Positions 29,077-43,673 of a DNA stretch of 64,000 bases are shown here, in pieces. The DNA is from Ylistrum balloti (Eukaryota). The first letter of the stretch is position 1, and every line of letters starts with the position of its first letter. The position numbers were made by a program, and so were the translations under genes. The stretch covers positions 62,001-126,000 of the forward strand of contig NW_026783008.1 in NCBI RefSeq assembly GCF_031769215.1. Direction: 5' to 3'. The notes under the pieces were generated by a model. That model searched no databases. It had not been told where the DNA came from and was given only the letters and a program-made list of their open reading frames with translations.

Positions 29077-31522
29077 GTTGATGAATTTCATAGACATTTG
29101 ATTTCTTGGAATAAATCAAATAATTTTAACAGTTATTAAACAAATGAATTGATAGATTGAAAATTTACACTAATGATTAAGAGTAACCAGGAAAGCTACA
29201 AAAATGATCTTCCAATTAAAACTAAGTGACCAAGATATATATAAATGATCGTGTTACATTCCATCTGGTTTCAGATTGTAACAAAATATATACATTACAG
29301 TGTGTCATATGTCCGTTAATGCTGTTGTATTGTGGAGCTTATCATATAAACACTCAAATCTCATTGACATTCTTATCTAGTATTATATACAAATCAACAA
29401 TAATTGAATATTTGATATGAATCTGTCTCAGTAGACCAGCATATTAATACGTTTATAGGTATGATCAAATGTGTAAAATTTTTGTGATTTCAAGAACATA
29501 AATTGTTAAGCATTTTATATAAAGTAGGTCATTTTGAAGTATCAATTACACACACAGCAGGTACTTGTTATAGATTTGTAGAATATTTTAGTATGTAGGT
29601 GACGATAATATCATGATGTATTAGATCGCACTTGAATAATACTTCATAAATTATACATATTTCATTTGTTCTGCACATATGTTATTCACTTCACAACTAT
29701 AGGTACAATAATAGGTTTAGATTGCCGATTCAGATGTCTGTGAAATGGATGAAATTGCCATCATTTCAGAAAATTGTTTGTCTCATGTTGGTCGGTTCAA
29801 ATGAAATATGCGTTGCTTGATTAAATACTAGGGGAAAAAAATAGATTTTGAAAAATGGGATTTAACCAAATCCATTTTACTTCTGTTCTGCATCTCTGAT
29901 GTGCATGTCACAAGCAATCAAGTTGTTAAAAGGTTATGAGGTGATAATTTGTCCACAGTATTGAATTCATTTATTTGAAAACTCTTCCTTCCTGCATTCA
30001 GAATCCAATGGAAATCCTTCATTTTACTCCTGAAGTCCATATGTTGAACTGTCATGGGAGTAAATTGTAGAATTCCTTGTTTCTTGGCTGTCAATTCAAA
30101 GTGAACAAATGGGAAATCTTCTTCAATGGAGATAAAAATGAATGATCCGTCTCTCTACCTTAACATATATAGGATTTGATTTAGCCTAGATGATATGACA
30201 GAAGCACACCTGATACCAACAATAAATCTGGGTTTTTTTAGTACAGCTGATATATAACTCCTGCACAGGTGTGGATACTCTAATAATATTTAACAACCTA
30301 TGCTTGTAGTCATTAAAAGTACATTAATAAACTGATGCTATGTTACTGTCTCAAGTTTCTTAGTTATGGTATTGGAAAGACTGACTTACCCTTTTCTTTG
30401 TCTGTTGAAATTGGCCAAAATAATGTGAAAGGATAGGAAAAAAAGGCCATTTTACGGATACGGAATGGTTTCTTAAATTTGCGTTATCAACAAATTTTTA
30501 TAAACTGTTGAAACTCTTTTATGAGTAATTAGGTGGTTGGGAGGAGGAGGTGTTATAGAAGAAATGGGCAAAACTTATGATGTCATTAGGTTTTGAGAGG
30601 GGAGTTTAAAAGTATAAAGTAAGAAGGATGTGAGGTGTAAAGTGGATGTATTAGCAGTGTCCATGACTCAAGTGTTGTGTCTGGTTGTATATATCCATCA
30701 CTATGTAGATCTGGTAAAACCCGAGCATTAGTCAGACTACTGATGTCTCTCACTGATTGCCCACCAGACCTCTACATGTCCATTTCTCATTGGGGCAAAA
30801 ATCTCAAAATCACTGCATAGTGATGAGAAGAAGAAAAAACAGAAAATGCACATGTATACTTCACAGATCTGAAAAGTGCCTGTAATTACGCTCAACCTAC
30901 AAAAAAGAGTTTTGAAGAAAAAAAATAAGTATGAAAGTAGGGAACATTTAATGACAATGTTTTGGATTTTTTTTTTTTCTTTTTTAAATTTCCTTAAAAT
31001 GTTCATAAAATGTCATAACATGAAAGGAAGTGCCAGCCATTTCCTTGACATCGGTGCCCAAAATTCCAGCTGTTTTTAAGAGTAGAAACAATTGTCCTTG
31101 ACCTTGGTGACCCAGAAATGCTGATGTATAGTATATTTCAGATAATCTGTCATTCTATACCATTACTGAGGAGCATTCAGTGGATTGTTTACATTATGCT
31201 AGTCTTGGACAAGTCCCAAGTCCTGTTGCCAATTGCTTGGTATACAAGCACCTGATAGAAATTCCAGAATAATGTTGAGGTATGATACACATTTTTCGGT
31301 GTGACGGCTGTAAAGAGGTGTTGTTACGGGGAAGACATACGTCTACATCACATTCAGACATGTATGTGGAGGTATTAGCAAGGTGGCACAGAACAAGTAG
31401 TTCATGGCTGATATAAGAAACTTGTGGAAAACTCTTTTATTGTGCTGTTCACAGACCATATGAATAGACTGCACAATATGTATTGCAAAACACCCGAGAC
31501 TTTGTGAGGACTTTTTCTAGCA

Positions 31523-33090
31523 TCACAACTCCAAACCTTGTAGAAGAATTTGGTAGAATTTTAGAGTGTATTCGAGCTAGATACAACACTATTCCAAACC
31601 TTGTAGAACAATTTGGTAGATATTTAGAGTGTATTCTAGCTAGATACAACACTACTCCAAACCTTGTAGAACAATTTGGTAGATATTTAGAGTGTTTTAT
31701 TCTAGCTAGATACAACACTACTCCAAACCTTGTAGAACAATTTGGTAGATATTTAGAGTGTGTTATTCTAGCTAGATACAACACTATTCCAAACCTTGGT
31801 GAACAACTTGGTAGATATTTAGAGTGTATTCTATCTAGATACACTAAACCGAACCTTGGTGAACAACATGGTAGATATTTAGAGTGTATTCTATCTAGAT
31901 ACACTAAACCGAACCTTGGTGAACAACTTGGTAGATATTTAGAGTGTATTCTATCTAGATACACTAAACCGAACCTTGGTGAACAACTTGGTAGATATTT
32001 AGAGTGTATTCTATCTAGATACACTAAACCGAACCTTGGTGAACAACTTGGTAGATATTTAGAGTGTATTCTAGCTAGATACAACACTATTCCAAACCTT
32101 GGTGAACAACTTGGTAGATATTTAGAGTGTATTCTATCTAGATACACTAAACCGAACCTTGGTGAACAATTTGGTAGATATTTAGAGTGTATTCTATCTA
32201 GATACACTAAACCGAACCTTGGTGAACAATTTGGTAGATATTTAGAGTGTATTCTATCTAGATACACTAAACCGAACCTTGGTGAACAATTTGGTAGATA
32301 TTTAGAGTGTATTCTATCTAGATACACTAAACCGAACCTTGGTGAACAACTTGGTAGATGTTTAGAGTGTATTCTATCTAGATACACTAAACCGAACCTT
32401 GGTGAACAATTTGGTAGATGTTTAGAGTGTATTCTATCTAGATACACTAAACCGAACCTTGGTGAACAACTTGGTAGATGTTTAGAGTGTATTCTATCTA
32501 GATACACTAAACCGAACCTTGGTGAACAACTTGGTAGATATTTAGAGTGTATTCTATCTAGATACACTAAACCGAACCTTGGTGAACAATTTTGTAGATA
32601 GATATTTAGAGTGTATTCTATCTAGATACACTAAACCGAACCTTGGTGAACAATTTGGTAGATATTTAGAGTGTATTCTATCTAGATACACTAAACCGAA
32701 CCTTGGTGAACAATTTGGTAGATATTTAGAGTGTATTCTATCTAGATACACTAAACCGAACCTTGGTGAACAATTTGGTAGATATTTAGAGTGTATTCTA
32801 TCTAGATACACTGAACCGAACCTTGGTGAACAACTTGGTAGATATTTAGAGTGTATTCTATCTAGATACACTGAACCGAACCTTGGTGAACAACTTGGTA
32901 GATATTTAGAGTGTATTCTATCTAGATACACTATTCCAAACCTTGGTGAACAACTTGGTAGATATTTAGAGTGTATTCTATCTAGATACACTAAACCGAA
33001 CCTTGGTGAACAACTTGGTAGATATTTAGAGTGTATTCTATCTAGATACACTAAACCGAACCTTGGTGAACAATTTGGTAGATATTTAGA
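31523..33090. repeat. 60-bp (older 63-bp) minisatellite, about 26 copies
   Basis: Unit GAACCTTGGTGAACAA(C/T)TTGGTAGATATTTAGAGTGTATTCTATCTAGATACACTAAACC; successive 60-nt lines are nearly identical. Confidence 0.97.
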
Positions 33091-34719
33091 GAGTGTTTAC
33101 ATATTTAGATTCAGTAAAACTTGTACCCTATTATAGATTCCATGTGCTTTAAGTATTAAAGTGTTCCTCCTGGTAGACTGTAGTCAGACTCAGCATTTAG
33201 TATTCTGAAGATTCAGGATACCAGACTTGTGTGGGGTGACAGGGTGCAGAGCTGTTTTCACTTAGAGCTTCAATAGTACCTTGTAGCCTCTGTTCTAAAT
33301 TATTTTCAAGCATAATTGAAGAAGCCTAGTCTGATACATGGGCATCCATAAATCCTGTTACACGATTGCAGTCAATGATTTCAAAAAAATTATTTCAAAG
33401 TTCATTTTGTCATGATCTTTTTAAAAGTTTGATCAATAGTGTATAGGTTATAGAAAAATGAAAGTATTTTAATTAAAACACGTTTCTACCAGGTAATGAT
33501 ATTACATGTTATTTTTATTAGTGTGATTTTACGGCACAACTATGAGAGGGGATAAAGTATGGATCATAGTTGTTTTGTTTTTGTTTTTTTAAGTGGGGGT
33601 GAAGGGGGGGGGTCTGAGGTTTTAATATACAAGCAAGTTCAAAATCATGTATTAAGGATTTTCAAGGAGGGCAGTGTATGTCAATATCTAACCAAGATAA
33701 AAAAAAAATGTTGAGCTGACAATGTTTGCTCAATTTTGTCTATGTTTACTTATGAATGTATTTGCGATAAGAATATGAAATTCATTGCTATGATATATTT
33801 TGTCAGTTTTGAAAAACAACAAATGTTATATTTTCAAAACTTATTTGTATCACTGTACAGTATGGCCACACACAGTGTATCATAGATTCGCATTAAACAG
33901 ACTTTGATATATGTTTGTCAAACACTGCAGCATTTGGAGTAATTCAGAACCATCTTTACTTACTATAGGATCTTACACAAGATAAGAAAAACCTCACAAG
34001 TATGATGAAACAACACAACATGTTTTGTTGCGGTGATAGAAAATCAATCAAGTGTAGGCTTTAGACTACACTAACCAGACATCGCTCATTTACATAGGCA
34101 CCAGTTTGTGGTGAGGATAAACTCATTAGCTGTACACATAAATCCAATCCTGCACAGCTCGTGTCTGACTGCCAGGGACCAATGTCTGGACGATTGGATT
34201 CTGTGCTGACCATCAAGACTGACCCGGTTGGTCTAGACTTGAGTCGTCACTGACCAATTCACACTTATGGTTGATGATTGTGCAGCATCTATAACAGCTT
34301 ACGGTCACTTACTAAGCATAATAAATGAAATCTATATCGCTGTCAGACTTGGACCAGCTCCCTATGGATTTCTGAGTGGTCATTCCATCACATACTGGAA
34401 CGTCTAGACCGTGCCCAAGATGTGTCACGACGCGTCTAGACGAGTGATGGTCTGCTCTAGCATATAAATGTGATTTTGTCTTTTTGTTGGAAGGCAGTGT
34501 CCAGATGATTTCTGACTGGTCAGTGGTTGTCCACTGAATAGCAAGGCTGGCCATGAATTTGACCTGATGTAGACATCACTTTTGGTCTATGATTAGACAG
34601 GTCGTCGTGTCAAAACCGAATACTTATTCTATCATAGCTCAATGTTACACATGATCTTATTTGTAGTTTCATTTTAATGTTTTGTCTCTTCAGACAATTC
34701 CTGAGCCTATTTTGCTGAC

Positions 34720-34975
34720 AGTCATTGTGACCTTGACCTTATAATAATTGATTGTGTCTACTGTTATTTTGTATGATGTTGTTGTAATAGTCGGATATTA
34801 AAAGCTGTTTGATCATGACCTTGCAATAATAGACCTTTTTTTCCTACATTGATGGTGACCTTGACCTTGCAGTAATAGACCTTTTTTTCTTACATTCATT
34901 GTGACCTTGACCTTGCAGTTGTTGACCTTTTTTCTGTCAGTCATTGTGACCTTGACCTTGCTGTAATTGACTGTT
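34720..34975. repeat. Degenerate repeat of a GTCATTGTGACCTTGACCTT module, 4 copies
   Basis: GTGACCTTGACCTT recurs near 34727, 34856, 34900 and 34946. Confidence 0.7.
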
Positions 34976-35232
34976 ATAATAATGTATGATGTCATCGTAA
35001 AAGGTTTGTGTTAAAAAGCACCAACAACTCTGTCACTAACAATTCAAAATAAAAAAATCATATTAATTTGTTCTTACAACAAAGTCCACCATATGATGAA
35101 AATATTGCAAGAGAGAAAGTTGTTTAAAACGACTTTAACTTAATTTAGAAACTTTGTTTTACTTTCATTCACTAGATGTAGTTAAATGACCTTGTTCAAA
35201 ATAGATAAGAAAGAACTTTGATTTTTGTATGA

Positions 35233-35541
<309 letters not shown>

Positions 35542-36334
35542 TGAAAGTAACAACTGTATTGTAATGTTTAGCATGCACGTTGACAATCTAAGGGAGACGA
35601 TTTTCTCAAAAGTTTATAATTGTAAATATTGGTAACTTTCATCTGGGAGAAAGTCACAAAAAGGAATTGAGACCCAGAAATTATCTTGTGTTAATTCTTC
35701 AGGGCTAGAAAAAACTATTTTCAGCTATTTGTTTGTCAAGCAAGTGAAACTTGAAATTCCCGAATCCAATATTCACTCACCCAAAGAAAAAAGGCAACAA
35801 AATATAATTTAAGGAACACAAATTTTATTATCAATTTCTATATCAAATGTTTGAACTCAACACATGCTTTTATTGTTTTACTCATATTTAATTCACTGTT
35901 AATGCGAGCGAGAACATCAACGTTTTGACAGTAACTACGTACACAAAACAACCTTGTTTACAACATTTGTGGTGACGTAATAGGTTTTAGCATAGTCTGG
36001 ATCAGCCGAAGTCTTGACACATTGTGTAAACAAGGATACTACATCGATGTATTTGATTGACTATCGGTGGATTTAAATTAGTTTTAAGAGTGTTGATAAA
36101 CGTCATTTATTATGGAATATTCAATAGTCAGAACTACAAATTTCACTTGCCCGCCGAACAAGTAGCTGAAACAAATCAGTCGCCCTCAGGTAGCTTTGGC
36201 TTGTCTAGACTAGCGGACTAGTGGATTTTTCTAACTCTGTTCTTAAATGTAGGGATATGACCTTGTTGTCATTGAAACATTGCACAAAATTTTCCAGCCA
36301 ATTGTCATACAAGAACGTACATTCTATAAAATAA

Positions 36335-36604
<270 letters not shown>

Positions 36605-36887
36605 TAAGTGTTCTGGCAACATGTTTTTGAAAGTGTCCTATATCAAGTTTACATAAGAATACAAAGCGTTTACTGTAGGTGTCATACCTAGAGAAATGGT
36701 TAATATCTCAAACATTTATTAGGTTCATATTTGTCATAAAGGAAATCTACAAAAATTGTTGAGATTTTGTAATGGTGGAATTAAAACTGTTGGCTAAGCC
36801 TATGATTTAGTACACTAGATGTCATTATGATGGAACATTTATCAAACATTTATAAGTTTCCAGATTGTTGATCATTGAGTGTCTTGA

Positions 36888-37229
<342 letters not shown>

Positions 37230-38204
37230 TGATTTTCAAGTCTCTTGTCTTAAGTGGGGTTGCAGGACAGATCACGGTTATAGTTCCTTTGTCGTTCTAG
37301 AGTTTAAATCCATGTGTGGTGACCATCATACTGTGTATGTTGCTTGAGAGTTCTGTATTTTTCTTGTCTTCTGTGCTGGCATAACTTAAAGGACTTACTT
37401 TGCATGAATGTCTCTGAGATCTTCTCACTTTTAACAATCCATATGTGCTCAGGTTTTTTAAAAAAAAATTGGAAACTTGAATAAATATTGGTACAAGAGT
37501 TGTTCTAAACCCTGCAAAACGATTTCCACATCTTATTATTTTACATTAGATAGCTTCATAACACTGCGCAAATTTAATTCACTCATTTTTGCCCTCCTGT
37601 AATTTCAGAAATAAAATGGATCTCATCACCTATAGCGTCTTAGAGGGGGGAGAAATACTACAACCGGTTTATGTAAATATCTCTTTTATTCTTCCTGGTT
37701 CATTTTAGTGTAGCTCAGTGTTTGCTTTTACATGTAGGTCTAAATTTTAGATGGTATTTTATTTAATGAAAGTTTTCAAACTTTTCATTTTGAAGTGAAT
37801 AAAGCAGACTTAGTAAAGCAACACTTCATCATAATTTCATTATTTTGAACAGACTAAAATTGAGAAATATTTTCATCACTTTTTTAATTTCTCATTTTTG
37901 AAATGAACAATTTTTCACCTCTCTGTCTCCAGTATTAACTCCTTTATCAGCTTCAATCATTCTTTGCATGTGTTTTCTGTGTGTATTTTTACACTCCCTT
38001 TATTCTGTAATTGGTACAGCAAGGGCTGCAATCCATTTCTTAAATTGCTATTAGTTGATAACCCTCTCTATAAACATTGGTTGAATTTTTGCTGTTATTT
38101 TCATAAACTTATAAAATGGATATAATCTGATATATTAAATATATATCTCTGTTATATTTTGTTTCAATAGTTGTTTACAAATTCTCGTTCTTGTGTTTCA
38201 GTAG

Positions 38205-38938
38205 GTTCGTCAACGAGTGGGAGAGCGCGGTCTGATCCAACACACCAACATCACTCCCAGCTTCACTCCCACTCCCACTCCGCCCATCAGGGTCAGGGAG
38301 TACAGTACCCTACAATGGAGTGTGAGAGTCCAGCATCAGGGCCTCCTCAGGTGGTTCCTACGTATCAACAGCCACCAGCCAATCAAAATTGGGCACCAGC
38401 GAGTGACAGTCGTCTCCAGGGTAACAGTTCTCATCGACATCACTCTCATCACCACTCGTCTCGGCAACACCAATCTCCTCCACAGTTGCCACCCAGCGGT
38501 ACAGCACCGCAGATGGTGGCACAGCATAACGCACCACAGCCACAGATGCAGCAGGCCATACTGCTTGGGTCAGTCGGATATCCTAGCAACTCTAGCAACT
38601 TCACATCATCACGGACTACGTACCCCGCCACGGCGGGGATGGCTGTTGACCTAACAACCAATCTGCAAGGTCATGGCCACCCGCAGGTCATACATAACGA
38701 CCCTGCACAGCTGTCTGCTGTGAACATGGTTGGTTATCCTACATCCCAGTATGGACCTCAGTACTCACAACAGACTTGGCCCACTGCCGGATTCAACTTC
38801 TCAATACAGACTAATGTAAATGCTAGTAATCCTGGCCATGACGTGAACAGCCAACACTCGCGTGCGGCTGCCGAACGTGGGGAGGACTCACCAATGCATG
38901 GGGTTGTTGTACAGCAAAGTCCTGTGGCTAGCCATTGA
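38205..38938 (+). CDS. DYRK1A: DYRK1A terminal coding exon (His/Gln/Pro-rich tail); alternative acceptor at 38202
   Basis: CAGTAG tandem acceptor, both in the phase required by the previous exon; GSSTSGRARSDPTH...EDSPMHGVVVQQSPVASH, stop TGA 38936-38938. Confidence 0.92.
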
Positions 38939-40985
38939 TGGTACGCTAAATCGTAGTGAATACTTTCTCATTTAAAGTCTTGCAGTGACTAGAAGATATA
39001 GTTGGATTGCAGCTATTGATGCAAAAACAGGAAAGAGAAATGTAGGTGTTGTGATGGACATACTGTGAGTAGGGATAATTGTTTTCTGTTCCAAGGAATA
39101 GAGATGTCTCCATTGGGAGATGTCTGTCACTGCAAGTGCAGCCAGTCAGCCGCCTAACAGCCTTAGTTGTTGTGTTCCGTAGCTAGCTGCTGTCGTCGTC
39201 ATGAGCGCTATTCGCCGCTGCTGGCAGAGCTATGCACATCCATAACAGCATCTACAGGAGATGCTAGTCAGTACGAGTTTGGTTTTCCGATGAACTGGAA
39301 ACCATGCTATCCACTCGAAAAAAGTCAGATATCTGTGCAATGCTAAGTTTAGAAACAGAGAAGCTTGAATAGCCCAGGAGTCTGCTTGTAATCCTAAGTG
39401 TCACTGTGGGATATTACTGTGATAGGAGTACGTCATCCCATACATTGTCATCTCGGGATACAACTGTGATAGGATTCCTGGACATAGTGGGAGACCCAGT
39501 TTGTGCTGGCCGTGGTCTACAATCACTGCATCCTTCAACTTCCTAGACCTAAAATCATGACAGAACGATACGATTCAATGCTTCATTGATAGGTCAGAGG
39601 TCACGGTTGAAGAAGCTATCTGTGGGATATGAATTCGAGAAAATGCTCATAAGAATGAAGTATTATATGCAGCGTTTTCAGTATCATGTTTAATGTGGTC
39701 CATAGTCACTATTGGTGTCAGTAGTGTATTATCATATAAACAAGGGCAAATAACTCTTATCTACCATTCCACAAACACTGAGAAACTGTGGCTTATTATC
39801 CACCGAACTCAGGTGTATACAATCATTTGCCAAACAGAAACCACCCATCCAACTCTTGAACTTCTCATTTTTTCTTCTTGTTTTAATTTACAGTAATTAC
39901 AAGTATTTAAAAAAAAAAAAAAGGGAAAAGAATGATATTTTGTATTATTTCAGAAGTGTGAAAGTCACGTTTTTAGGATTCATAGATTAAACTTTAAATG
40001 ATTTCATTAAATTTGTGTTGAAATTTAACAAAAACAAATGAATTCAGGGGAATATAAGTGTGGATTGTTTGGACAAATTTGTTAATAGTTGAATTGTAGT
40101 GAAATCGTCATGGGAAGCAGAGAACGTATTCATGCCTTCGTGGCCAGTGTTTAACACAAGGAAGAAAAGGACTTCTCTAAATGTTGTTGACCAAATATGG
40201 CAATATATATATATATATATTATATATATATAAACATACATTAAATCAAATATATATATAATGTGTTTGTATGAATGACGATTCTTTGGAAAGGAAAGCC
40301 ATGTTGTGTTGATGTATCGGAAATTGACAACCAGGAAAAAAAAAACATAAAACCATTTACAAATGTGATAAGGTGTGGATGTGTTTGACATATCTGCACA
40401 TGGTTTGACATTGTAATACCCCAAATGTAGGATATCAATTACAGACAAGAAATTTTGGTGTTATAACACCACTGTGTATAGTGACATTAATCTTCTGTGT
40501 ACAGTGGTCCGACAAGAGGGAATTATTCATGTGATGTAATAATATACAAAGTTTGTAAATGTTCGTTTAATCCTATTTATTGAGAAAATGGAAGAGAATT
40601 CTACAATTCTTTTTATCACCTGTTACAGACTGTGAGAGATGTTATGTGTGTCCATTATTACTGTTATGAGAGAAACTGAAAACATGTTTGTATACAACAG
40701 GAATTTATTGTTTTAATTAATCCATATATATATATTGTATAGTTCCAGTACCATGAATTTACTTATATAGTCGAGACGTCAGAATCACGCTGTTCGGGAG
40801 GGGGAAGAAATACACTGGTTTGTAGGAGAAATGAGTAATACAGCAATTTCAATTCTTAGCATTTGATTGTGCTCCTTGTGTTAGAAGAAGAGAGAACTCA
40901 AATCACATATTGTTCAGAGGAAGAAATACTTATATTTTTTTTTTTTCTCTTGAATGAATGAATAAATAAAAAATATATATATTCA
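38939..40985 (+). other. Probable ~2-kb 3' UTR of DYRK1A
   Basis: Follows the stop codon; overlapping AATAAATAAA at 40961-40970. The end point is inferred and other sites are possible. Confidence 0.45.
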
Positions 40986-42598
40986 ACAGGGGGACAGGAT
41001 AAACAACTGCAACAAAAAAAAAATTTAAGACAGAAAAATAAACAGATGATGAAGATGTAGTTGAAGTCATGTGATGAAAGAGAAAAATGAATACATTTGT
41101 CAGTAAGCCATTAATTGAGTAGGATGAGAACTTCTTGGTGTTTAAAAATGGTCTTTGGTCCCTTGCAATAAGGTCAGGTTGACGTATTATAAAAACCTCA
41201 GAAAGCTATTGGAGCAACAGACTTTTGATACTCTTATGATTTATCTTTATAACCGGAAATAATAACACTGCTGCAAACCTGTACTGACATACTGGGTAGA
41301 TCTTGTGTTCTTGGATGGTTTACTCAACTGTCAAAGGGAGATAATTTTTCTTATATTTTTTTTTTTTTTTTTTGATCTTTTAAAGAAAACATGATCAGTA
41401 AATTGACATAATTCTTAATAATATTTGGTCATATGCAAATGAATTATACAACTTGAACAATTTATCTTACATAAATAGCTGGCTTATTCCTACTCAAAGA
41501 CTTAAGGAAGAAATGGTCATAAGCAATGTTAATTTAAGATTTTTAGATAGTTGAAAACAGTTATCAATAATAAAAAGTGTTATGATACTAACCTCTGTAC
41601 CAACATTTAAGGTGCCAAATGTTTATTGCCAAATTCTTATGTCAGGTTTTTTTTTTTTTTTTTTGTCAATTTCTTTTTTGACAATAATGATATATGAAGA
41701 CATATTTGATGGTTGGCTGGCTTTGATTTCTGTAGAGTAACCAGTTTTTAATTAATTTAAAATAAGTATATCTGACAGGTAATTTTTCTGACATTTGAAA
41801 TCATGTCTAAATCATTTTTTATTAAAACTTACCTTTTTTTGGGGGGAAATATAATTTTCATGCTGGGGAATATAAAAAATAAAATGAGCAGGTGGAAAAA
41901 TAAATACAGGAAGGGAAAAAAATTCATCGTGATCATAATATTAAGAATTAAAATGTTTACAAATTATTAAGTGATGTAGGAAAAACATTAAAGCAGAACA
42001 CAATAACGTGTCTTGGGGGAGGGGGTGGGGGGGAATGTGGTCTGGTAACAGACTTACTAATATGTAATATATAGATTCCAGGAACAGGTGTCATCTTTTT
42101 AAATCTTTAGTTTTTAAGTGAAAATTCTACAATGTAAATGTTTCAACTAAGAAAAAGGAGACAACAGTGTTTAGCAGTTTGTTTTAAAAATCTCTATTTC
42201 TTTGTCTTATCATGCAACCAAAGCCGATCTTAACAAGAGAGCGTGTGTGTATGCGAGAAGTAAGAAAAGATGTGAAAATTTTATCATTTTAGCATATAGA
42301 TAAATCCTGAACTTTATAGTTCACCCTAGGTTCGCTTCTCACAGTTTCCTGTCTAGGGGGAGGTAACTCCGTGGTCACCTGGTGTCTCATTGGATGTTCA
42401 CCACCCTGAAATATCTCTCTCTACCAGTTTGAGTTTTAATGTGTGTTACCACGACATTCTAAAGGGGTGACCAGGTTCATTTATTTTGTATAAAGTTCAT
42501 TGTAAGTATCCAACCACTCGCCTCATTAAAGTGTCACCAAGATGATATTTGTGTTATGTTTTCTTTACTGCACCACTTCATCCTAAAAGTTATAAGTT

Positions 42599-43071
42599 AA
42601 AACATGGATGATGTATTGTTTGCTATCACTTAGATCAGAGGAGTTAAAACATGGATGATGTATTGTTTGCTATCACTTAGATCAGAGGAGTTCAAACATG
42701 GATGATGTATTGTTTGCTATCACTTAGATCAGAGGAGTTCAAACATGGATGATGTATTGTTTGCTATCACTTAGATCAGAGGAGTTCAAACATGGATGAT
42801 GTATTGTTTGCTATCACTTAGATCAGAGGAGTTCAAACATGGATGATGTATTGTTTGCTATCACTTAGATCAGAGGAGTTCAAACATGGATGATGTATTG
42901 TTTGCTATCACTTAGATCAGAGGAGTTCAAACATGGATGATGTATTGTTTGCTATCACTTAGATCAGAGGAGTTCAAACATGGATGATGTATTGTTTGCT
43001 ATCACTTAGATCAGAGGAGTTCAAACATGGATGATGTATTGTTTGCTATCACTTAGATCAGAGGAGTTCAA
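42599..43071. repeat. 47-bp minisatellite, 10 near-identical copies
   Basis: Unit AAACATGGATGATGTATTGTTTGCTATCACTTAGATCAGAGGAGTTC. Confidence 0.97.
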
Positions 43072-43617
43072 TAGTTAAGAGAATATGCTGTTGGATATGT
43101 CTATCAAACAAGGAAAAGGAAATAACGACGTTAAAAAATAATTTTTGAACAAGGGTTTTCTGGAACAGTCTGCATCTACTACACCTACTGTGTAAATTTT
43201 GGTCAAACAAATATGCTCAGCTCTTGGGTTTGTGACTAATGCAACAAAACTAGGTGTTCTGACTGCATCAAATCTCTAATATCAAACAAGGAAATGATAT
43301 GTTTTCCACTGATGGTTACAAGTTCACCATAATCAACCTATATCTCTCCAGTCCCTTTGTTATTATAACTTATCAGTCAGCTATCCACATCGTTAAGCTT
43401 AAGATTGTTTGTTGAAAATCAAAGAAAGTAGAACATGTCAATAGAATCATAATCCGGTCAAACTAAATAAATCTAGGACAAAATATGAACAAAACAGAGG
43501 ATTACAGTAGACTCGGAAAAATAACGAGGTCAGACTAGGATTTTGACAAGAAAAGATAAGGAAGCTTCCTCACGAGAGAATTGAATAGAACGTACGGCGA
43601 GACATTGAATTCAAACT

Positions 43618-43655
43618 GCATCACAAGAAGCCTCGTCCTTCTTGGACTCGAATGC
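43618..43655 (-). pseudogene. Decayed second hammerhead ribozyme
   Basis: Minus strand: GCAUU[ACUGA missing]CGAG UCC AAGAA GGAC GAGGC UUCUUG UGAUGC. Stem II and both stem I arms are recognisable; the core is broken. Confidence 0.5.
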
Positions 43656-43673
43656 TGAAGACTTTAATTGTTA

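Noticed and set aside
31449-33136. Long ORFs on both strands (372 aa, 372 aa, 165 aa, 185 aa)
   Set aside because: They result from a stop-free 60-bp tandem unit inside an intron; no splice context or domain, and the frame is broken by a 4-nt duplication.
38171-38201. ORF-track start or AG acceptor at 38170/38171 for the last exon
   Set aside because: TTG start within intron sequence; that acceptor is out of phase with the phase-1 donor at 37194.
39167-39346. 59-codon open frame in the GC-richer part of the 3' UTR after CTAAC...TTAG
   Set aside because: No ATG near its start, the branch-like motif is too close to the AG, and it is out of frame with the upstream donor; UTR sequence is the simpler reading.
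42599-43071. CRISPR-like appearance of regular repeats here and elsewhere
   Set aside because: The repeats are head-to-tail with no unique spacers, there are no cas genes, and the context is a spliced eukaryotic locus.
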